Source: Eledone cirrhosa
Lineage: Eukaryota
Length of the DNA: 64,000 nt
Assembly: GCA_964016885.1 (NCBI GenBank)
Contig: OZ024742.1
Span: 38,316,001-38,380,000, forward strand
Direction: 5' to 3'
Position numbers and translations under genes: made by a program. Each line of letters begins with the position of its first letter. Position 1 is the stretch's first letter. The notes below the pieces were generated by a model that did no database searches, was not told the DNA's origin, and saw only the letters and a program-made list of their open reading frames with translations. Of this stretch, positions 1 through 9,584 are shown in pieces.

Positions 1-1493
1 GATGAACACCAACTTTTACGCTAAACTCTTCACTATATTCGTTGTTAATTCTAACCTTGCTGACTGTTTCTTTATACATGGCTTGTATAGCTCTCACAAC
101 CCATTCATCAACACATAGTTTTCTAAGAGCCCACCAGATAATGGAACGGGGGACTCTGTCGAAGGCTTTCTCCAAGTCGACAAAAGCTAAGTATAGGGGT
201 TTACTTTTAGCTAGGTACTTCTCCTGTAGTTGTCGTACAATGAAAAGAGCGTCTGTGGCACTTTTACCTGACACAGACTCGAACTGCATTTCATCTAGGT
301 CAATTCTCTCTCTGATTAGTTGCGCTATTACTTTTTCTGTGACCTTCATGACCTGGTCGATTAATTTAATGCCTCTATAGTTACCCCTATTTAGGGCATC
401 TCCTTTACCCTTGTAGCAGTTAATGATGATGCTGCTACACCAGTCCTTCGGAACAACCCCATTCTGTATGACTTGGTTTACTATCCGGGTGACCATAGTG
501 TGTCCCACCGTTCCAGAAGCTTTCAGCATTTCAGCAACTATTTCCGAAGGCCCAGCCGCCTTACCCGTCTTCATATCTTTGATTGCCTTACTTATTATAC
601 TACCTTCGACTAACACTGCTGGTCCCTCTATTGGATCGATGTGGGGGAGACTGTCTTTCTCCCATTTATTCTCCTCATTTAGTAGCCTTTCGTAGTGACA
701 CTTCCATGCTACCTTCTTATCAGCGTCAGTGATGGCAAGTACACCATTATCATTAAGGACACACTTCTCCCTGACAATATCACGGTTTTCCTTGACACAT
801 TGCCTAGCAATCCTGAACACCTCACGTTTTTGGTCCTTGCGTTGTAGAAGATGCTTGAACTTTCTTTCCTCTGCTTCCCTTCTTGCGAAGTACACTTGTC
901 TCCTAGCTTCCCTCCTGGCCACTTGATAGTCTTCTCTACTTCCCCCATCCCGCATACTTTCCAAGCCTGCTTTTTGGCCTTAATTGACTCCTCCACCTTA
1001 CTGTTCCACCACCATGTTACCCTCCTCCTGCCTATAGGCCTGCTCCAGCCACAGACTTCATCTGCCGCTATCAGCAGGTTTGCTTTCAGGAATTCCCACT
1101 GTTCCTCTATATTGTACGACTCTAATTGCTCTTCCTTACTGTCGAAAGCATCAAGTAATATGCTTTTAAATTTATTACTGGCTGTGGGGTCCTTTAGCTT
1201 CCATATTTTTCTCCTGAGGATAGTCCTCTTCTGCTGTCGAGTACGTCTCGTCCTGACTATGAGGTCGCTAATTCTGAGTCTATGTTGAGAGGTGCATTCT
1301 TCGTGGGGGAGGGATTTAGTGTTTACAACAGACACTCTGTCACGTCTTCTGGTAAGGATATAATCTACCTGGCTGGTATGTTCCCCTGATCTGTAGGATC
1401 AAGTGATTGTCTCGTTTTTTTAAGTTAGTCTTACAGATAGTTAGGTTATTTGCGTCACAGAATTCCAGGATTCTGGAGCCTTCCTCATTTCTG
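1..1493 (-). mobile_element. 5'-truncated RTE-clade LINE (end of endonuclease, linker and RT N-terminal part); runs off the window start
   Basis: Minus frame reads ...KTGKAAGPSEIVAEMLK...NYRGIKL...FVDLEKAFDRVPR.... It aligns nearly base for base with 27018-28490, and similarity ends abruptly at ~1493. Confidence 0.95.
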
Positions 1494-2334
1494 TTAAGTT
1501 ATTATTTTAATAATTAAATAGTTTTAGTAAATCCTCAAAATTGTCCATAAATTAATTGAAATAGAATGTATTTCATTCGAAATATGATTAAGAAAGAGTT
1601 AAAGGTGTTTTCTCATGGTGTTGGAGACTCTGGGATTATATTATCTATGTACTTTCTTTTTATATAATAGTGGGGGTATGGTTTGAGGGAGATTTGGCTT
1701 CTATTTCTAGCACATTGAATGACTACATGGAAATAGTCTAGTTTGCCCATGGTGGGAAGCATGCCACTCTTTTGAATAGCAGTATTCTTGTAAAACTGGT
1801 ATTGTTGCTAGTGATGATTATTGTGGACTTAGTGACCTCATGCTGTTAGTTATAATGACAATAGTGTTGAACATTTTTAATTTTTTAGTCCAGGATTAGT
1901 ATAGTATATTTACCAGGAATACTAGGATTAGTATAGTATATTTACCAGGAATACTAGATAGATGAGCAATCATACAAAATGAGAAATTTGCATTTTGATA
2001 AAAATTAATATTTTTCATAAGAGAAACCCAATAGTTTATGTTAATTACTGAGACATGGAAGTGCACCTGAGCACTGTACACAATATTTCATTATTATATA
2101 AAAGATAAGAATGATACTTTTATAGCTAGGATAGAATCACACAAATGTTCAGTATATATATGTACAAATGATATATAGAATTAAATGTTTGAGTAATTTA
2201 GGAGAAATGTTCATTTACAGGGACAAATGCAAAGCTGGAACCCAGGACCTTGTGATCAGTGAATTTCTTATTGTAGCAACATGACTGAGATAGGAAATAC
2301 AGTGTGTATGGTTATGTGTGTACATTTTAAAGAG

Positions 2335-2338
<4 letters not shown>

Positions 2339-2398
<60 letters not shown>
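2339..2398. repeat. (TA)n microsatellite
   Basis: Pure TA run. Similar runs occur at ~2981-3031, 24527-24561, 48190-48240, 48322-48375, 50544-50587 and 62941-62974. Confidence 0.95.
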
Positions 2399-2401
<3 letters not shown>

Positions 2402-2402
<1 letters not shown>

Positions 2403-2979
2403 CGGGATGTTTGTTTACAAACAGACCGAGCATTATAATAAATGTTCAGTGAATCCATACGTACATATATATATGTGTGCATGTATGTATATATATATAT
2501 ACATACTACTGTACGTCTGTATACATATATGTATGTACGTATACATACTTATATTTAAGTAACAGCCGTACTAAGAGTGGGAAATGAAATTTCGTTTCAT
2601 TTTTTCCGTTTATCGTTTTCGGTGCACCCGGCCGATTAACCCACTCGATATGCAAATTGGGCTACTCAGCCGTTAATATGCATAAGGAAAGTATATACTT
2701 TCAGACGTTCAATCATCTGGCAGGAAGATATACGTTGCTGACGATAGCTAATAAGCTTGAAACTAGTACAGCGTTCCTTTGTCAGTGTTGAACAAACGAG
2801 CAACGATGGTTGCTAGACACTACGGCTTAACACGGGATGCTTGTTTACAAACACACCGAGCATTATAATAAATGTTCAGTGAATCCATACGTACATATAT
2901 ATATGTGTGCATGTATGTATATATATATATATACATATTACTGTACGTCTGTATACATATATGTATGTACGTATACATA

Positions 2980-2985
<6 letters not shown>
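2402..2985 (+). mobile_element. 430-bp-period partial tandem repeat carrying a hammerhead motif (Penelope pLTR-like or retrozyme-like unit)
   Basis: 2402-2555 is repeated almost exactly at 2832-2985 (both start ACGGGATG.TTGTTTACAAACA). The unique middle part is CpG-rich and holds the hammerhead. Confidence 0.6.
2722..2778 (+). ncRNA. Minimal type I hammerhead ribozyme motif
   Basis: Stem I ACGTTG(2732-37)/CAGCGT(2769-74), extended by AGGA/TCCT. Core CTGACGA (2738-44). Stem II AGCT-AATA-AGCT. GAAA (2759-62). Palindromic stem III ACTAGT. Cleavage triplet GUA ending at 2768. Confidence 0.75.
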
Positions 2986-3035
<50 letters not shown>

Positions 3036-4513
3036 AATATAAATTATCGAGAATCGTATTTCAGCTATTGGAAATTAGCGAAAAACAACTTCCGAGATGT
3101 GTGGCAAGCGCTCAATAGATTCTAACGAACCAGAGCTACAACATACGTTAAAAGGCCAAACACACTGAGACGATGGTTAAACCATTATCCGCACAGTCAT
3201 AGAAACGACCAAGTAATTCGGGTCAAACAAATAAAAAAATGATTGAAAAATTTACCTGGACCCCTGGATGGTTGGTGAAAATCCAACATTTGGGTTTCTG
3301 CGACTCCTAAATCAAGTACTGTCCGCTTAGAGAAATAATTGTTTCTACTTTAGGCACAAGGCCAGCAATTACCCAGTGCAGAGAAATAATGTTAAGCTTT
3401 TGGTAAGATGATTGAACAAGGAAGTCACTTTCTCAACAGGCTTTTAGTTCAAGTGCCAGGCCAAGGATTGACCGTTACCAATACCCACGTGGGGCTCGGC
3501 AAGGGAGGCAACCCTTATTTTTGGCGGATGAATTTAGTATGTGTAATATTGCAAAATTGCAAAATATCACAAAACGAATCAAGTTCTCAACAGAATGGTT
3601 TTAAAGTTAACAAAAGCTATTCATCAGTCAATAGAATCAACTAAAAAAATCAAGAAAATTAACTGGTCAATAGCTAGACTCTGGAGATTAATACAATTAT
3701 ATATATAAATATGTAAACACACGTAGCAGATTACTATGGTTAATTGCATATTCCTTTTCAAATATAGTGTATCTAGAACTATATTGTCCAACAAGAAAAA
3801 CCTCTACTTTTCACTTCCAAAGATCATTTTTATTTAAATGAAGTTCCCCACATACACCCACTCTGTAAAGTAGTTGATAGAAAGCGCATCTGACCATTAG
3901 AAACCTGTCGAACAAAGGGTTGGGAGGACAGTTCAGCTGTGTTAAAGACATGGCAACCTTCTTAAAACTGGTGCCAAGATAAAATGACCTGGTAGAGTGC
4001 AGGAACATATGTAAGATAGATGTAGGCACCTTGCCCTTCTAAGAAGTCAGTAGTTCTGCTTGAGTATTGACTTGCTCTGTAAAGACCCATTCAAACCTTG
4101 TTAGCAGGGAAAACTGGGCGTTAAATGAAGATGATGACTCCAGCTACAGTTACTCCCACCCCAGATTATTATACATTGAGATCCAATAGCATTTGTATAT
4201 AAATAAATAAATATACAAACACATGGCGTATTATGATCGTTGACGATAGTTTGGTCAGGATGATTGTGTGGTAGGAAGCAACTGGAAAGTCAGCTGCATA
4301 GAGTAGGATGTCGATTAAAGTAATGGTGCCAACAGCTGCTAGTTCTGGCTGTTCTTCTCTTCAGTTTGGAAGAGCTGCTATCATTAATATATGATATAGG
4401 AAGAATCAATAACTGACTGTGCTGCAGATTGGAGATGACAGTGAGAAGATAGGCTTTGTGGGTGGTGTGTCTGTGTACACACATTTTTGTGTGTATGGCT
4501 TTGGCTCTATGAT

Positions 4514-4672
4514 AATATTTCATTATTGTTATTATTATTATATCATGACTCATACACTGTTCATTTTCCTGACATTTGTACATTATTCTATGTACTATAC
4601 ATGCACCTTTGATGAGTTGTAGTGCACCTGAGCACTGTACACAATAATTTCATTATTATTATTATTATTATT
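4514..4672 (+). mobile_element. CR1 LINE 3'-end fragment with (ATT)n tail
   Basis: Matches the 3' UTR of the long CR1 (~47995-48120), including GAGTTGTAGTGCACCTGAGCACTGTACACAATA. Confidence 0.9.
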
Positions 4673-5992
4673 ATAACCGTTTCATTACAATATCCTAATG
4701 AAAGACATTGCCTATGATCTTCAGATAATTTAAATCATTATGGATTTGAAGGGGTTTAGTAATATAACTAACTTTATTCATTATTTATCTGGTATTGGAA
4801 CTCAATTTTGACATAATTATGATGTAAGGTTTTTAGATAAATATAAACACTAAACACTTTAAAATAGACAGATTTTATAGTAAAACCAGAGGTAGTTTCA
4901 GGCAATTTGATATCATGAGGGTTAACCATTTCATTACCGTATTTCTGACAAAAGACATTACCTATGATTTTCAAATAATTCTTTAAATAATCAAGAATTT
5001 GAAGGGAGTTAATAATATAACTTTCTCATTACTTATATTGTTTGAAGCCTAACTTAACAAAGGTTCTTACAAAGGTCTAACACACGTGGGCATGCCCACA
5101 AAGTCAGAAAACAGCACAGTTCCCATGACTTTCGGAAACATTTTTTCACGCTCAGAATTGCTGGAACAAACTACCTGCATCCTTTAAAACCTCCATGCTT
5201 CCCGAGATTCGCCAACACTACATCTAATGTTCCCCCTCCATACACATACACACATGTATATCATGACTCGTACACTATTCACTTCCCTGACATTTGTATA
5301 TTATTCTATGTACTATATATGCACCTTTGACGAGTTGTAGTGCACCTGAGCACTTTACACAATAATTTCATTATTATAATTATTATATAATTGTCATGGT
5401 AGGTTTGTAGAAAAATACAGATATTTGAAAATAAGCAGTTCTATATTATAGAACCTGGGGCAGTTTCAGGTGGTTTGGTAACAGAGGGTTTAATGAGTGT
5501 GCACCCATGCATGTGTGTATTGTTGAATGTCCCTTTACTTGGGACATAACACAATAACAGTATTAACCCATTTGCTCTGATATTTCTTATGAAAAATACT
5601 GCCAAAGATTATCAATTAACTTTTAAAATCAGAAATATAGAGGACTTTAGTCATAGAACTAACTTTCTCATTATTAGATTTAGAACGGTTTAAATTTAAA
5701 CATGAGCACTTTAACCCTTTAGCATTTACATTACTCTATATTTACTATTATATTTTCATGGTAAAAGCTTTACCCTACATAATTATCTCACATAATATCA
5801 AATCTATGAGATTTTGATATAATTTATTTTGAGAACATTACCTTAACGTCAGTATGAGGAACTGGGTAAAGCCAGTTTGAACAGAAAGAGGTGAGAGAAT
5901 TATGGCCAGTTTAAATGCTAAAGGGTTAAAACAAATAGGTTTTCATCATAGAACCAAGGCAATTTCAGACGGTTTGGAATAAAAAAAGTTAA
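4672..5992. mobile_element. Cluster of TTAA-flanked (piggyBac-type) MITEs with nested insertions
   Basis: TTAACC...GGTTAA termini. MITE A at 5711-5929 has TIRs TTAACCCTTTAGCATTTA/TAAATGCTAAAGGGTTAA. ~250-bp MITE B copies share a TTAA at 4922-4925. A CR1 3' fragment (5076-5387) is nested inside. Confidence 0.7.
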
Positions 5993-7654
5993 TGATACAT
6001 GTATCCATAAGCTCTTCTGTAGTTCAGATCAACTGGAAAGAGTTCCAATACACACACGCATGTACATTTGGAACTTTCCCTCCATGCAGCATTAAGTACA
6101 TCAGCCTTACCAGTCTGAGAAGGCTTGAAAAGACTATGGGCTGTACACAACTTTTTTGATAACCAACTCACTCAAAACTGCCCCAGTTTCTATAAAACAA
6201 AGCCATCCATTTAAAAGAGTTCCTATATAAATTAAAATCTTCCAATATAATTTCACGTCAGAACTTTTACTTAAGGCAATAAAATGATTAATGATTTTTA
6301 TTAAAAAAATGTTTTATTTATACAGAATATTTCATTTGAAATATGATCACAAAAGGCTTAGTAAATATATGGAGAGCATATATGTCTATATCTAATGATA
6401 TAGACATATTAAGCTTTGTCTATCATGTGAATGATCTTCCCATTCCTTCTATTTTTATTGCTTTTAGTGACCAAATCATGTGCACTTGGGAGGATGGTCT
6501 ACATGCATGTGTACTAAAAGCATCCTACACACACACCACACCACTCTGTGTGCATGTATTATTAGTGCTTTGTATAATTACCGGAAGTAAACAATGAATG
6601 GGAGAACCTCTATGTGGTTTTTCAACTTGGTAGAAATAGCAGTCAAATCACCCTCAAATCACACACACCCTATTACCTTACCAAAATAAGAATAAAGAGA
6701 CTAAAAATGGTGAATGTAGTCCTGAATATATAAAGAGAGGGAATGGTAATGGCTGGAATACCTTTGACCATAGGTCTATTGGATTGGGGCTCAATATATA
6801 TCTTAATGGAGTATTATTGATTAGCTATTAATTAACTCCAATTAGCTTAACTGCAAGACTTTTAGTGTATATCATGAAGTTGCATGCTTCAGTGGTTAGG
6901 ATGTTCGGTTCACAGTTCTAAGATTGTGAAGTCAATTCCTGACAGTGCATTGTTATTCTTGAGCAAGATATTTTGTTTCTCTCTATTCAGCTAGTAAAAA
7001 TATGTTGTACCTGTTATTCTGTGAGGCAGTCTTGTTACTCACTTGCACATTAATTTCATGTGTAAGCTGTTCTCACGATCAAATTAACTGGAACACTTGT
7101 CATCATATCAGACAGATGTCCAATACACACACACACACACACCTGTAACAGATATATCAGAGCTTCTGAAATTGGTGGAGGAGAGGGAAGTGATGAAGAA
7201 GAGATGTATCGTAGGTCAAGATATCCAATTATCCATAGATCAGCAGATACCTAGTTCAAATGCAAGAGCCAGGTGGTGTTGTCAAACTAGGCAGTGGAAT
7301 TAGGCTACTAGCCAAATGTAGGTGCAGCCCATCTAGTGGACTTCTGCACAATTTCCATTGTCCATGCTGGCATTGGTTTGATGGGTTGTCATGGTCCAAT
7401 ACTAGACTGATCACAGGGTCACATTTTGCTTATATGTTCTATTTTCAACATGGTTTCTACTGCTGGATGCCTCTCCTAGTGGCAAAAACTTTACAGAGTG
7501 TTTTGGGTGCATTATCATAGTACTAGCATAAAAAAAAGGGAATTTACATCACATTCTTATGCAAGTTTAACTAACCTCCTACAATGTTGCATCTCATATG
7601 AGATTTCTCAGTTGTCTTTTGATACGAGCTCCAGTTTTATCATGATATCATGAC

Positions 7655-7782
7655 ATGTATATCATGACTCATACACTATTCACTTCCCTGACATTTGTAT
7701 ATTATTCTATGTACTATACATGCACCTTTGACGAGTTGTAGTGTACCTGAGCACTGTACACAATAATTTCATTATTATTATT
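7655..7782 (+). mobile_element. CR1 3'-end fragment
   Basis: Same 3' UTR, stem-loop and ATT tail as the 48-kb CR1. Confidence 0.85.
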
Positions 7783-7796
7783 TTTGATAACATAAA

Positions 7797-7985
7797 AGGG
7801 CGGTGGATTGGCAGTATCGGTAGAGAGTCGGACGCCATGCTTTGACGCATAGAGTTACGGCCCTTGCCATTCTGAGTTCAAATCCCGCTGAGGTTAACTC
7901 TGCCTTTCATCCTTATGGAGTCGATAAAATAAAGTACCAGTAATACACTGGGTAATTGGTGGCCTTGTGCCAAAAGTAGAAATTA
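7797..7985 (+). mobile_element. tRNA-derived SINE with Meta/MESC-like core
   Basis: A-box-like TGGCAGTATCGG, B-box GAGTTCAAATCC, core GCCTTTCATCCT...GTCGATAAAATAAAGTACCAG. Similar copies at ~14510-14660 (+) and ~40790-40975 (-). The core-domain name is recalled, not searched. Confidence 0.7.
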
Positions 7986-8762
7986 TTTTTATGATAACAT
8001 CACACTATCATTTTACTGAGTGTATTGGTTGCATTTTATCATGGCAGCTACACTTGAGAGATTGTCATGTACTTGGCAAAACTGAAAAGTTCTCTCTACC
8101 TTATGTTGTCTTTGTTTGAAATTTCACTTCCATGCTATGGCAGAAGACACTTCCCCGAGGTTCCATGTGGTGAGATCAAACCTAAAATCACATGGTTGTG
8201 AAGCATACTTCTTAACCACGTAGTCATGCCAGCATTCATTGATTAGTCATGATACGCACCAATTAATTAAAGTAATGCAGGACCTTTAATGTAGTGCTTT
8301 TGTGCAATCACAATACTTTGCTTAAATCCTATATTTGCTTTAACTTGTTAATATATGATTCAATGGAATGAAAGATCATAAGTTGACTTCTAAGCCAACA
8401 ATGCATGGATTACCTACCCCTCCCCCTCTTCCCCACACTCACATACAAAGTCTCTAGTTAACTCTTGTATACAAATGTTAACAGCTGCATATGAAAACTG
8501 TTAACCTTGCTGTTGGTGCCGAGTCAATTATGTACATGCACACATACAGATATGTACATATGTGATGTACTGACACATGTAAATGCACACATACACGTAC
8601 AGGCATATACCCCCCCAACATAAAGAACATATTTGCAGGGACAGCTTTTCATATCTTGATATTCCTAACCTTCACACCTTAGTACTCTAAACTTTCCTTT
8701 TTTGGGACTCTCAAGATTTCCTCTATTTTTTATCTTTCTTTTTATTTATTTATGTGTGTATA

Positions 8763-9410
8763 AAATAATAATAATGAAATTATTGTGTACAGTGCTCAGG
8801 TGCACTACAACTCATCAAAGGTGCATGTATAGTACATAGAATAATGTACAAATGTCAGGAAAATGAACAGTGTATGAGTCATGATATAATAACAATAACA
8901 ATAATGAAATATTGTGTACAGTGCCCAGGTGCACCACAACTCATCAAAAAAGTGCATGTAGTGCTTTTGTGCAATCACAATACTTTGCTTAAATCCTATA
9001 TTTGCTTTAACTTGTTAATATATGATTCAATGGAATGAAAGATCATAAGTTGACTTCTAAGCCAACAATGCATGGATTACCTACCCCTCCTCCTCTTCCC
9101 CACACTTGCATACAAAGGGCAATGCACAAACATCAGTAAAATGAACAGTGCACGAGTCATGATACACACATGTGTGCATGTGTATGGAAGGGGTACATCA
9201 GGTGTAGTTTTGGCGTATTTCGGGAAGCATGAGTGTCTTAAAGGATGCAGTGTCTCGGCAGCTAACAATTGACGCAGGCAGTTTGTTCCATGCTTCAGCA
9301 ACTCTGAGCGTGAAAAAATGTCTGCGAAAGTCATGGGAGCTGTGCTGTTTTCTTATCTTGTAGGCATGTCCACGTGTGTTAGACACATGGAGATCAAAGA
9401 GGCACTCAGG
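8763..9410 (-). mobile_element. Two tandem CR1 3'-end fragments, one interrupted by a 162-bp locally copied insert
   Basis: The minus ORF fragment SNTRGHAYKIRKQHSSHDFRRHFFTLRVAEAWNKLP is the CR1 RT C-terminus. Two ATT tails end at ~8763 and ~8894. Confidence 0.9.
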
Positions 9411-9584
9411 TATATGTTATCCCTAGCTTATTCTTTCTCCAGGATTGTCTTTCATAAGTGATGCTCATCTCCATCACAGCTCTCTGGTTTGCTCTGTCCA
9501 TTGATTTCCACAACCCAACAATTTGTTTTCAACCACCCATCTTAGCAAGAAATATATTACATATTCTGACATGGTAAAATTGTT

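Noticed and set aside
965-980. Programmed -1 frameshift at C AAA AAG in the RTE
   Set aside because: The heptamer is imperfect, homology continues in frame past it (QAWK), and the older copy shows an in-frame TGG. A deletion explains the break better.
42-1288. Plus-strand ORFs of 65-145 aa, repeated at 26299-28212
   Set aside because: They are antisense shadow frames of the RTE coding strand and are duplicated only because the element is.
1892-1957. 32-bp tandem duplication (similar 37-bp one at ~40170-40240)
   Set aside because: Two-copy slippage events with no further structure.
2215-3125. ORFs with YIYIYI runs (also near 24412, 48044 and 62782)
   Set aside because: They are translations of (TA)n microsatellites.
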